Source: a virus (taxonomy: Duplodnaviria > Caudoviricetes). Taken from it: a stretch of 64,000 nt of DNA. The notes under the pieces are model-generated. The model saw only the letters and a list, made by a program, of their open reading frames with translations. It was not told the origin of the DNA and searched no databases. Positions 1 through 8,888 of this stretch are shown here, piece by piece (within the stretch, counting starts at the first letter, position 1; every line of letters starts with the position of its first letter). The translations under genes and the position numbers were made by a program. Location of the stretch: IMG/VR virus record IMGVR_UViG_3300028364_000013; one strand, written 5' to 3'.

Positions 1-20
1 ACCAATTTGTCCACTGAGCA
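1..20 (-). tRNA. 5' part of a tRNA cut by the window edge (identity unknown)
   Basis: Reverse strand reads TGCTCAG TG GAC AAATTGGT, an acceptor strand plus D-loop like the adjacent tRNA-Gln. Confidence 0.55.
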
Positions 21-26
21 ATTTAG

Positions 27-100
27 TTGTAAGAGAAGGCTTCGAACCCTCAAATTCTCGATTCAGAGTCGAGTGACTTTACCAGTTTGTCTATCCTACA
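27..100 (-). tRNA. tRNA-Gln(CTG)
   Basis: Cloverleaf, anticodon arm CTCGA-CTCTGAA-TCGAG, U1-A72. Confidence 0.92.
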
Positions 101-166
101 ATATCGCACACATTACTAATATCCCAACCCCTGCAGAGGTTGTCGTTCATAAAGCATATGCATACT

Positions 167-252
167 TGGTTGTACAGGTAGGGCTCGAACCTACACGCCT
201 TTTGGGCACCCGCTTCAAAGGCGGGCGAATCTGCCAGTTTCTCCACTGTACA
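167..252 (-). tRNA. tRNA-Gln(TTG) with long variable arm, CCA encoded
   Basis: CCCGC-CTTTGAA-GCGGG; variable region TGCCCAAAAGGCGT; T-arm GTAGG-TTCGAGC-CCTAC. Confidence 0.85.
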
Positions 253-293
253 ATATTACACTTTACTATCAATGGTCAATAGTAAAGTGTTTG

Positions 294-364
294 TTTCGGG
301 GAGAAGATTCGAACTTCTATGGTCACTGTCAAAAAGTGAAATCCTGCCATTAGACGACCCCGAA
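294..364 (-). tRNA. tRNA-Gln(TTG)
   Basis: TCACT-TTTTGAC-AGTGA anticodon arm, canonical T-arm. Confidence 0.9.
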
Positions 365-375
365 ATATTAAACAC

Positions 376-407
376 AAAAAAAAGCCTGAACGTTCAGTCC
401 AGGCTTT
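376..407 (-). terminator. Intrinsic terminator (attenuator) ahead of the Gln tRNA cluster
   Basis: AAAGCCTG-N11-CAGGCTTT followed by T-run. Confidence 0.85.
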
Positions 408-436
408 AAATATTTTTGTTTTATTAACTAAAATGT

Positions 437-517
437 TCAGGCACCACCAGGACTGTCCTCTTTCGAAGATTGTTGCTGCTGTTGCTGCTGTACGTTTATG
501 TTAATTACTGTTTTCAT
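437..517 (-). CDS. Putative attenuation leader peptide, poly-Gln: MKTVININVQQQQQQQSSKEDSPGGA
   Basis: 26-aa ORF read by hand; 7 consecutive CAG/CAA codons; terminator then three tRNA-Gln follow. Confidence 0.85.
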   Translation of the reverse strand: MKTVININVQQQQQQQSSKEDSPGGA

Positions 518-577
518 TACTTTTAAATAGTATTCTTTTTTTGTTTACCAATAATCAGCGTGGTAATCCGCTATTTG

Positions 578-659
578 TGACCCAGGTCGGAGTCGAACCG
601 ACACGTCTTGCGACACACGCCCCTTAAACGTGCGTGTCTACCAATTCCACCACTGGGCC
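578..659 (-). tRNA. tRNA-Leu(AAG)
   Basis: CACGT-TTAAGGG-GCGTG, long variable arm, A73. Confidence 0.85.
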
Positions 660-767
660 AATTTAACCATAACTTAGTAAAGTGCCTCTACCGTTCTACT
701 GTCGAAGTTTGTTCGGGTGTTTACTCGCCTTGATAAGGACTGTCGATTGTTATAATTAATTTCTTAT

Positions 768-780
768 ACGCAAATGTAAT
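768..780 (-). promoter_or_regulatory. Bacteroidota-type sigma promoter -7 element (TACATTTG)
   Basis: Matches TAnnTTTG; similar elements near 4738, 29992, 34985, 36802, 44392, 60041. Confidence 0.65.
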
Positions 781-865
781 ACTTTTGTTTCAATTATTCA
801 ACTCTTTTTTTAATTATTTTTGTCGTAAGCAATAGGGTTCAGAAATTTTTAATATATTTATTGAT

Positions 866-1786
866 ATGAACAAAGAATCTAAAACAGAAAAGTTTATTCA
901 AAAAGCAATTTGTGCTCATGTAGATAGATATGACTATTCTCTATCTAAATATTCAAATTCTAAAATTAAAGTTATAATTATATGCTCAAAGCATGGTCAG
1001 TTTAGTGTAACTCCAGATAATCATATAAATAAAAAATCTGGGTGCCCTAAATGCAATGGTGGGGTTAGATTATCTATCAATGAATTCATTGAGCAATCTA
1101 ACAAATCTCACAATAGCAAGTATGATTATTCTTTAGTAGAATATAAAAATAACGCCACTAAAGTGACAATAATATGCCCAGAGCATGGAAAATTTAAACA
1201 GAGGCCTCAAGACCACATGAACAAACTTGGATGCTCTAAATGTGGCATTAAAAAAAGAGCTAATTCAAGAACTTCAAATGCAGAAGAATTTATTAAAAAA
1301 GCAATTTATACTCATGGAGACAAATATGATTATTCAAATGTTGAGTATAAAAAATCAAACTTAAATGTAACAATAATATGTAATCAACATGGTGAATTTC
1401 AACAAAAACCAAATGACCACCTTAGCAATAAAAATGGCTGTCCTATCTGTTGTGAATCTAAAGGAGAAATTGCAATAAGAAATTTCTTAACAGAAAATTC
1501 AATAAAATTTATACCTCAAAAAAGATTCAAAGATTGTAAAGACAAAAGAACACTTCCTTTTGATTTTTATTTGCCAAAATTAAATCTTTGCATAGAATAT
1601 GATGGCATTCAGCATTTTAATAAAAAAAACAGATACTATTCAGATGACAGAAAGAAAAAAGATGAAATCAAAAATCAATATTGCACAGGCATAAATGATA
1701 AACCTAAAATTTTAAGAATATCTTACCTTGAAATTGATGATATTAATCAAATTCTAACAAACTCTGTCAAACGACAAAAACAATAA
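866..1786 (+). CDS. Putative homing endonuclease: repeated Cys/His zinc-binding modules plus C-terminal PD-(D/E)XK (DUF559/Vsr-like) domain
   Basis: Repeats of YDYS.VEY....KV.IIC..HG.F.Q.P.DH....GC.KC; C-terminal PFDFYLP..NLCIEYDGIQH. Confidence 0.8.
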   Translation: MNKESKTEKFIQKAICAHVDRYDYSLSKYSNSKIKVIIICSKHGQFSVTPDNHINKKSGCPKCNGGVRLSINEFIEQSNKSHNSKYDYSLVEYKNNATKVTIICPEHGKFKQRPQDHMNKLGCSKCGIKKRANSRTSNAEEFIKKAIYTHGDKYDYSNVEYKKSNLNVTIICNQHGEFQQKPNDHLSNKNGCPICCESKGEIAIRNFLTENSIKFIPQKRFKDCKDKRTLPFDFYLPKLNLCIEYDGIQHFNKKNRYYSDDRKKKDEIKNQYCTGINDKPKILRISYLEIDDINQILTNSVKRQKQ

Positions 1787-1796
1787 ATCAAAGAAC

Positions 1797-2045
1797 TTAA
1801 AATAGATTTCTCAAAAAACTTTTTAGTGAGTTGAATCTATTCTTAATATATTTAAAAACGTTAATTTTAGCTACAAAGAAGTATGCTCCAAAAAACGAAG
1901 CTGACAATAGGTAGAAAATAGACATAGTAGTCCAATAATCTCCCGTCCATTTCATCACAACTGCCGTTGCAGCATCGAATCCTATTGGACAAAAGAACAT
2001 TCCCATCATTAGGAACATTATACCTATGTTCTTTCTGTTTCTCAT
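1797..2045 (-). CDS. Small membrane protein
   Basis: Two hydrophobic segments. Confidence 0.6.
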   Translation of the reverse strand: MRNRKNIGIMFLMMGMFFCPIGFDAATAVVMKWTGDYWTTMSIFYLLSASFFGAYFFVAKINVFKYIKNRFNSLKSFLRNLF

Positions 2046-2124
2046 AATCCCCTATACTGTCTGATTCCATTTAATCAAGTTTTGTTAATAATTTTCCACC
2101 AAAAGTGGACTCTTCTATAAATAG

Positions 2125-2796
2125 TTTAAATTCCTTCAACAAGAATTTGATACAGCTAAAAGCGATGACAAACTACCTTGTCAATGCTCAGTTTGCAAAG
2201 AAACTTTTTATCTAACAAAACACCAAACACAAAGAGTATTAAATCCAAATCAACAAAAAAATGGAAATTTTTGTTCTAACAAATGTAGAGCAAAAAACAA
2301 CACTAAAAAAGAAACAATAAATTGCACAAACTGTGATGAAGAATTTGAAAAACAATATAGCCAAATTAAAAAATCAAAAAACCACTTTTGCTCTCTCTCT
2401 TGTAATGCAACCTACAACAACAAACACAAAACCCACGGCACTCGTAGGTCAAAACTTGAAGTTTGGCTGGAGGAGCAGTTAACCAAGCTTTATCCAAATA
2501 TCCAAATAGACTTCAACAAGAAAAATACTATAGAGTCTGAACTTGACATCTATATACCTTCATTAAACCTTGCTGTTGAGCTCAATGGAATCTTTCACTA
2601 TGAACCTATATACGGAGTTGATAAACTCCAGCAGATTCAAGAGAACGACATCTCCAAATCCAAGGCATGTCATGACTTAAAAATCGACTTATGCACCATC
2701 GACACAAGTGGTCAAAAATACTTCAAAGAATCTACTTCCAAAAAATATCTTGACATCATAAATAATATTATCAAAGAACGCATGTTAACCTCTTAG
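2125..2796 (+). pseudogene. Start-less PD-(D/E)XK endonuclease ORF, paralog of 41334..42011
   Basis: Open frame 2125-2796 (FKFLQQEFDTAKSDDKLPCQCSVC...ELDIYIPSLNLAVELNGIFHYEPIYG...KYLDIINNIIKERMLTS*), preceded by in-frame TAG, no ATG near the 5' end. Confidence 0.7.
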
Positions 2797-2852
2797 CCAG
2801 CTTTACCTGTTTCCAACAACCGCTACGTGGAAGCGGGTTAACTTTGGTTGTC

Positions 2853-2943
2853 TACTCCTGGTCGGACTCGAACCGACAACGTTTACCTGCATGGGTATCA
2901 GATTTTAAGTCTGATGCGTTTCAACCAATTTCGCCACAGGAGC
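2853..2943 (-). tRNA. tRNA-Leu(TAA)
   Basis: TCAGA-CTTAAAA-TCTGA, long variable arm. Confidence 0.92.
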
Positions 2944-2952
2944 ATTTGTTTG

Positions 2953-3033
2953 TACAGATAGCGAGAGTCGAACTCGCACGCCTCTCGGCCATAGCTTCTA
3001 AGGCTATTGTGTCTACCATTCCACCACATCTGC
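2953..3033 (-). tRNA. tRNA-Leu(TAG)
   Basis: ATAGC-CTTAGAA-GCTAT, long variable arm. Confidence 0.92.
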
Positions 3034-3046
3034 ATGGCGCTGTAGA

Positions 3047-3595
3047 TTAATCTACAGCTTTATATTTTCTAAAAGTCATACTCACTCTTGGGCCACAATC
3101 TCTATCGTGCTTAGGAATCCTGTGCAAATTTGTATCTTGGAATCCTGGAGGCATATAGAATAAAGAACCATTTTCTAACTTTCTCTTATTCTCTTCTGGA
3201 ACTACTCCTTTTTCTCCTTTTAACTTCCACCAAATTTCTCTTTCAGCCCCAAATGATACAACCGCTATCCCATCATTATGGTCAATTGAATGAGAGTCGT
3301 CAGCGTGCCATCCTAATCCATTTCTTGAGTTCATATATAAATTCAAGAAGCAAATATCCAAACTTGTTCCCAACTTTTTATTAACCTTTTCCATTATTTC
3401 CCTAATCGCAGGCAACATTGGTGTTGATTTATAAGTTGGAGCTCCACTGTGGTCTAAGTAAGAGTATTCAATGTCAGAATCTGCCATAAAACACTCTCTT
3501 CTCATCTTCGTCTCATCAATCCAACTAACATCCCTTACCAAGGTGTCAATAAAATCTTCATTGACCAAATCATTTATGTATACTAACTTTTTCAT
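3047..3595 (-). CDS. AlkB-like 2OG-Fe(II) dioxygenase
   Basis: LN.Y...NGLGWHADD (HxD), distal HRIPK and RVSMTFR motifs. Confidence 0.85.
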   Translation of the reverse strand: MKKLVYINDLVNEDFIDTLVRDVSWIDETKMRRECFMADSDIEYSYLDHSGAPTYKSTPMLPAIREIMEKVNKKLGTSLDICFLNLYMNSRNGLGWHADDSHSIDHNDGIAVVSFGAEREIWWKLKGEKGVVPEENKRKLENGSLFYMPPGFQDTNLHRIPKHDRDCGPRVSMTFRKYKAVD

Positions 3596-3609
3596 TTCAT
3601 TTTTATTTG

Positions 3610-3682
3610 TAACTCCACCCAGATTCGAACTGAGACTTTAACGTTCGTAGCGTTAGGTGCTAATCCATTACACCATGGAGCT
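3610..3682 (-). tRNA. tRNA-Arg(ACG)
   Basis: TAACG-CTACGAA-CGTTA. Confidence 0.9.
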
Positions 3683-3985
3683 ATGAATTTCAAAGTGACA
3701 ATTAGCACAAACCAACATACACTTATCTAATTCTTCTTTTATTTTTTTATCAAACTTATGCGACTTCATTTTACTTAAAGCAAAACCTTTTTCTTTTGGG
3801 TCAAGGTGATGAAACTGTAAAGCTCCAACATATTTATCATATCCACATTTTTCACAACAACCACCTTTGTATTCAACGCATTTAATTTTAAACTTTCTAC
3901 CACGTTCTCTACTCTCTTCTTTATATCCAAGAGCCTCTAAAATTATTGGAAGTGCTGATTCTGTGTAAAATATTCTCGGTTTCAT
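3668..3985 (-). CDS. HNH endonuclease (likely start 3985; stop lies inside tRNA-Arg)
   Basis: CEKCGY..ALQFHHLDP..CMLVCANCHFEIH; paralog of 29137 and 57310. Confidence 0.8.
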   Translation of the reverse strand: MKPRIFYTESALPIILEALGYKEESRERGRKFKIKCVEYKGGCCEKCGYDKYVGALQFHHLDPKEKGFALSKMKSHKFDKKIKEELDKCMLVCANCHFEIHSSMV

Positions 3986-4000
3986 ATTTAAAATTTTTTG

Positions 4001-4081
4001 TACAGATGACGAGAGTCGAACTCGCACGCCTTTCGGCACTGGTTTCTAAAACCAGCGTGTCTACCATTCCACCACATCTGC
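4001..4081 (-). tRNA. tRNA-Leu(TAG)
   Basis: CTGGT-TTTAGAA-ACCAG, long variable arm. Confidence 0.92.
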
Positions 4082-4141
4082 ATATTTTTGGATAGTTAGT
4101 CGGAATATTTCCGATTATCCTATCACAATTTTACATTTTTG

Positions 4142-4215
4142 TAGGAGTAGAGGAATTCGAATCCCCGACATCTGACATGTAAAATCAGCGCTCTAACCAA
4201 CTGAGCTATACTCCT
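4142..4215 (-). tRNA. tRNA-Val(TAC)
   Basis: CTGAT-TTTACAT-GTCAG. Confidence 0.92.
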
Positions 4216-4305
4216 ATTTTTTCTAAATTTATAAATTTCATCTTAGGTCAAACCAAGAAGGGCTCGAAATTTAATTTTTAATATATTTTTTAATAAAAAC
4301 TATTA

Positions 4306-4350
4306 AAAAATATCTTGACATCATAATCAATATTATCAAAGAACGAACAT
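4306..4350 (+). pseudogene. 3'-end remnant of the endonuclease gene at 2125..2796
   Basis: aaaaaatatcttgacatcataatcaatattatcaaagaacg is nearly identical to ~2741-2781. Confidence 0.6.
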
Positions 4351-4394
4351 TAAATGCTAAAACCTAAATAATAATTATTTCAAAGAACTTATAG

Positions 4395-4468
4395 TGGAAT
4401 AGGGTGGATTCGAACCGCCAACGCTCACCGCTTCAAGATGACGCTCTACCAATTGGAGCTACTATTCC
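4395..4468 (-). tRNA. tRNA-Phe(GAA)
   Basis: TCATC-TTGAAGC-GGTGA. Confidence 0.88.
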
Positions 4469-4521
4469 ATTTATTTCAATAATTTTCCTTTCGAATACCA
4501 ATGGACGTTTCCATAGGGCAC

Positions 4522-4554
4522 AAAAAAAGCCCGAACAATTATGTTCGGGCTTTT
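4522..4554 (-). terminator. Intrinsic terminator (attenuator) ahead of the Phe/Val/Leu/Arg cluster
   Basis: AAAAGCCCGAACA-TAAT-TGTTCGGGCTTTT plus T-run. Confidence 0.88.
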
Positions 4555-4584
4555 AAAATATCTTGTGTTATATAATTTACATCA

Positions 4585-4689
4585 TCACACTAAAGACATA
4601 TCACGTCCGAACTTTTGTCTACTAAAGACAAACAGTAACTGCAAGAATTGCAGTGATAACTGACGTAATATGTTGTTAATGTTTTTCAT
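4585..4689 (-). CDS. Putative leader peptide, Leu/Phe-rich: MKNINNILRQLSLQFLQLLFVFSRQKFGRDMSLV
   Basis: 34-aa ORF with 7 Leu, 4 Phe, 2 Val, 3 Arg; terminator then the matching tRNAs follow. Confidence 0.8.
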   Translation of the reverse strand: MKNINNILRQLSLQFLQLLFVFSRQKFGRDMSLV

Positions 4690-4821
4690 GTTATTTCTAA
4701 ATATACTAAAATTTTGTTTTCTCGTTTTATTATACGCAAATATAATACTTTTGTTTCAATAAAACCTAATCTTTTTTAGATAAAATTAAAATTAATTTAT
4801 AATCACTTGATTGTTAGCGCT

Positions 4822-5304
4822 TTATTCTATACTAATTTTTCCTTCATCATCCCAGAAAACATTTCTCTCTCCCATTTTTGAAGCTATTTGTGATAATTTT
4901 TCTCCGACATCTCCAAGTCCTCTATCCCAAAAACCAGCACCATGACCATTTCTTGTAAGCCAAAGGTCATGTCCAATTTGAGAAGGGTCTATATTATTAA
5001 GAAGACTTCCTGCAGCATTAACAAAATCTCTAATATCTGTATAGGCATCAATTTTTGAATCGTTGTTTATATAAGATTCAAGGTCACCTTCTGAACCAAG
5101 CTCTTCTTCTGCTGTGAAAATAGCAGCTTCAATATAACTATCCAGCATGCTTATTGTATCTTTGCTTGCTACTTCATTTTCTATCATTAGAAATTCATCT
5201 TGAAGCTTTTTTTTCTCATTCTCAAGAATTGACTTTTTTGTAACTTTATTTGTTCCTTCAGATATAATAGAACTTAATTTTGATATGATTTCTTTTTTTT
5301 TCAT
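4822..5304 (-). CDS. Hypothetical phage protein
   Basis: 160-aa ORF, C-terminal GHDLWLTRNGHGAGFWDR motif, upstream TATTTATA. Confidence 0.75.
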   Translation of the reverse strand: MKKKEIISKLSSIISEGTNKVTKKSILENEKKKLQDEFLMIENEVASKDTISMLDSYIEAAIFTAEEELGSEGDLESYINNDSKIDAYTDIRDFVNAAGSLLNNIDPSQIGHDLWLTRNGHGAGFWDRGLGDVGEKLSQIASKMGERNVFWDDEGKISIE

Positions 5305-5370
5305 GATAAAAGTACCTTTTCTATAAATACAAAAAAAAACCCGACACTTATGTACCAGGTTTTTAAAATT

Positions 5371-6138
5371 TTACCACCAATCCCAAAGGCAACTGTGCTT
5401 GTGGTTGTATCTGAATTCTACGAAGTCATCGCAGTAATCAGAAAGCCAACATCCCCAGTCATCGTTGATGTCATCATACTTCGCAAACATCATGCTCATG
5501 TTCTTTTTGAGCGCTTGCTTGTTGTGATGTCTATCGGCTCTGTTGTAGAGTTGAACCATGTCTTTGCTTGGTCCACTTCTCCATCCGTGCTTTTTCTTTT
5601 CATTAAAAAATGTAGTTTCTAAAGCAGCGTCAATTTCAGCCTCTTCTTGCTTAAGCACTTCATCAATCACTTTGTAGTGAGTCTTGTAGTGCTTAGACTT
5701 TTTTAGCTTAAAGTAGTACTCAGGTAAATTAACCTTGTAAAACTTTTTAACACTTCCCCAGTAAACTCTGTCTTCTGATGGGGCGTATACGAAGAATCTT
5801 TTGCACCACGGAAGAAGTCTTTCATAAGTACCTTCGTCAATTAATTTGAAGTAAGGCTTAATGTCAACTTCTCTTTTTTGCTTATAATCATATATGGTAA
5901 AAGACTTGTCTCTGCACCAAACTGATTTACCAAAGTGATAAATTAGATTCTCAATATCCTCTCCATCTTTACTTCTGGCAATGTCTGCTCTAAGCTTCCA
6001 TTCGCCATCGTAACCATCGTGGATTGGTTTATCAAGTGGTTTGTAACCAAGAGCTCTTTGAGCTTCCCAGTTTTCGTTTAACTCATTTTCCTTTCGGAGA
6101 TAAGCCTTGAACTTTTCAGTTCTCTCATTTCTTTTCAT
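5371..6138 (-). CDS. Hypothetical protein
   Basis: 255-aa ORF. Confidence 0.75.
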   Translation of the reverse strand: MKRNERTEKFKAYLRKENELNENWEAQRALGYKPLDKPIHDGYDGEWKLRADIARSKDGEDIENLIYHFGKSVWCRDKSFTIYDYKQKREVDIKPYFKLIDEGTYERLLPWCKRFFVYAPSEDRVYWGSVKKFYKVNLPEYYFKLKKSKHYKTHYKVIDEVLKQEEAEIDAALETTFFNEKKKHGWRSGPSKDMVQLYNRADRHHNKQALKKNMSMMFAKYDDINDDWGCWLSDYCDDFVEFRYNHKHSCLWDWW

Positions 6139-6248
6139 GCTCTGTGTTTTTCTAAGTGAATACTTAGAACACGGAGCCCTTTCTTGAAATTTTTGTCATT
6201 TTTTTGTCGCTTGTTTATATATACGTAAAATTATGTAAAATGTTGCCT

Positions 6249-6452
6249 TTAATCTAAATAAATTTCATATTTATTTATCATATTGAAATCATGAGCATAA
6301 CCTTTTGCTATCCAGAAGTTAATTTCCCACTCAGTTGTAGACTCTTCTAACCTTGTGATAATCATATCAGCATACCACTGGGCCCACTTGTGAATTTTAC
6401 TTAATCTCCACTTTTTAAACTGTTCTATCTTCTTTTTCATCTTCTTTTTCAT
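6249..6452 (-). CDS. Hypothetical protein
   Basis: ORF in the codirectional gene run. Confidence 0.55.
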   Translation of the reverse strand: MKKKMKKKIEQFKKWRLSKIHKWAQWYADMIITRLEESTTEWEINFWIAKGYAHDFNMINKYEIYLD

Positions 6453-6696
6453 CTTCTTTTATAAATACTGTTTTACTTGGGTCAACCCACACTGGAGGTT
6501 GGCTCTGTCCAGATACAACCCCAAGCCATACCTTCCCATAGAATAAAGTTTTTAACCTTTCTTTCCACGTCATCTTCCAGCAAGATATGCATTGTTGACC
6601 ATCACTATAGACCCACATTGAATTACATTCTTCGTCAGTCATTGACGCTGGCTTGGCCAAGTTCTTTGTCGCCTCTTCAAATTTAATTGGTTTCAT
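6415..6696 (-). CDS. Hypothetical protein
   Basis: 93-aa ORF. Confidence 0.7.
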   Translation of the reverse strand: MKPIKFEEATKNLAKPASMTDEECNSMWVYSDGQQCISCWKMTWKERLKTLFYGKVWLGVVSGQSQPPVWVDPSKTVFIKEDEKEDEKEDRTV

Positions 6697-7218
6697 CTTC
6701 TTTGATATTTAATTTTTCTTTTATGTCTGTCTCAATCTTCTCTGCTATAGCTGCACAAAATTCAGCCTCCCAATCCATGACACACAAAACTCCTCATAAA
6801 ACTCCATTCTATTTTGAAGTTATGTAAGGATTTTTTTGAAATATACTTATCGTACATAGCTCTTTTTGTAATCGTCATAATCCTTGTGTTCTCTATCTCG
6901 ATGATATGAGCTCCACTTTGGAAGTACGACATCATACAAATACTTCATATACCTTTCCTCTCCAGTATAAATAGCTTTTGCCAGAGGAGAATTGTAATGT
7001 TTCTTACAAGTGTTTATTATCTCTGGAATGTAGTCTGCAGCTTCAGGTGTTTTTGAAACTATCCTTCTAATTATAGGAAAAATAACTGTATCTAACTTTT
7101 CATTTATTTCGATAACACGGCCAGTTATTTCGTGAACCATATCAAAATGCTTATAGTCCATTAGTGAACTACCCACAAACGTAAAAACGATTTGTGGGCT
7201 TCGTAATCAAAGCGTGTA

Positions 7219-8337
7219 CTAATGTACTACTTTAGCGATTGCAGGATTGTTCCTAATCCCGAAATTCATTATATTTTTACCTGCATTAACATCTCTATCT
7301 TCCGAATGTCCACACTTATCACAATTATATGTCCTATCTGAAAGTTTAAGGTCTTTCTTGATATTCCCACAAACATTGCACAATTTACTACTTGGTTCAA
7401 ATCTTCCGATTACAACAAGGTTTTTACCTTGCCATTCAGATTTATATTCAAGCATTGTTCTTAATTGCCCCCAACCCATATCAGATATAGCCTTTGCTAA
7501 ACAATGGTTTTTAACCATATTAGAAACTGCTAAATCCTCAATACAAATTGTTTCATAAGTATCCACTAATTCAGTAGATATTTTATGCAAATAGTCAGTC
7601 CTTTGGTTACGGATTTTCTCTTGCAATAATGCTACTTTTAATTTTTGTTTTTCTCTATTACTACTTCCTTTTACTTTTCTTGCTAAACTTCTTTGTTCAA
7701 CTCTCAGCCTTATTTGTTGTGATTTGAAAAAGTTTTTATTTTCATACACAACTCCATCAGAAGTGATAGCTAAATCTTTAATCCCAAAATCAATTCCTAC
7801 ACTTGTACTTGTTGTAATTATTTTCTTTTTAGGTATTTCTTTATCATTATCAACTAAAATAGATACAAAATATTTACCTGTTACAGTCTTAGTTAATGTT
7901 ACTCTTTTTGGTATTCCTTTAAATTCTCTATGATAATCAATAGCAACTTCTTTTAATTTAGGAAGTTTAATAACATTGTCCTTAAATGATATTTCAAAAC
8001 CTTGCGGAAATGTAATTGATTGTTTAGAATATCTATTTTTATATTTAGGAAATTGCCCCCTGCCTTTAAAAAAGTTTTGATATGCAGTATCTAAATTAAT
8101 TAAACTATGTTGCAAAATTTGGCTTGGGCATTCCTTTATGTAATCAAATTCTTTTTTTAATTCGGGTAATTGTTTAATTAAATCATACTTAGATATTGAT
8201 TTTTTGTTTGAAGCATACGCAGTAGTCTTAGTTTCTAACCCTAAGTTAAAAACCAATCTATTAACTCCAAAGTACCGTTGTAATTGGTCTTTTTGAGTTT
8301 CCGTTGGGAAAATTCTGTATTTATATCCTTTTAACAT
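7219..8337 (-). CDS. tnpB: TnpB RNA-guided endonuclease
   Basis: N-terminal YKYRIFPT HTH, RuvC motifs GIDFGIK / IEDL / DRDVNA, zinc finger CNVC..CDKC. Confidence 0.95.
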   Translation of the reverse strand: MLKGYKYRIFPTETQKDQLQRYFGVNRLVFNLGLETKTTAYASNKKSISKYDLIKQLPELKKEFDYIKECPSQILQHSLINLDTAYQNFFKGRGQFPKYKNRYSKQSITFPQGFEISFKDNVIKLPKLKEVAIDYHREFKGIPKRVTLTKTVTGKYFVSILVDNDKEIPKKKIITTSTSVGIDFGIKDLAITSDGVVYENKNFFKSQQIRLRVEQRSLARKVKGSSNREKQKLKVALLQEKIRNQRTDYLHKISTELVDTYETICIEDLAVSNMVKNHCLAKAISDMGWGQLRTMLEYKSEWQGKNLVVIGRFEPSSKLCNVCGNIKKDLKLSDRTYNCDKCGHSEDRDVNAGKNIMNFGIRNNPAIAKVVH

Positions 8338-8483
8338 CTATTATTAAATAGTCTAATTTTTTGTAAAGATACATAATTTTTAATTAAAACTTGTGTTTTG
8401 GTTAAATTATATTTAATTAATACCGTATTTAGTTTAAATCATTCCGTCTTTGGTTGTAAATAATTTAAACTAAATACTACATT

Positions 8484-8888
8484 ATGCAATCAAATTACAT
8501 TTCTACAAATCATTCAAAACATTACTTAAAAGCTCATATTATTATAGTTTGCAAGTATCGTAAGCCATTATTAGTTGGTCAACTCAAACAAGATATGCAC
8601 AATATTCTACAAAATATTATCTCTAATTCAGATTTTAGTGTAGAAGTATATGAGTCAGATTTAGACCACTATCATTTTCTTATTCGTTACATACCCCGTC
8701 TTTCAATCTCTCAAATAGTTCGTAGGTTAAAACAAGAATCCACTAAACACATTTGGCTACTACACCCAGCATTACTTCGTAGAGAATACTGGTACAAAAA
8801 TACATTTTGGAGTGATGGTTATTTCGTTTGTTCAATAGGCAAAGCAAGTCCTGATACTATTCGTCAATATATTTTAAGTCAAGGTTAA
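8484..8888 (+). CDS. tnpA: TnpA Y1 (HUH) transposase
   Basis: DHYH HUH motif, FWSDGYF, terminal YILSQG. Confidence 0.93.
   Translation: MQSNYISTNHSKHYLKAHIIIVCKYRKPLLVGQLKQDMHNILQNIISNSDFSVEVYESDLDHYHFLIRYIPRLSISQIVRRLKQESTKHIWLLHPALLRREYWYKNTFWSDGYFVCSIGKASPDTIRQYILSQG

Noticed and set aside
7-282. Supplied ORFs overlapping tRNA genes (e.g. 7..282, 2844..3050, 24479..24796, 42774..42968, 59209..59472)
   Set aside because: They coincide with well-formed tRNA genes and have no protein-like features
690-760. SAM-I riboswitch suggested by CTTATCAAG and a repeated TCGACAGT
   Set aside because: The remaining SAM-I core motifs and pairings could not be found
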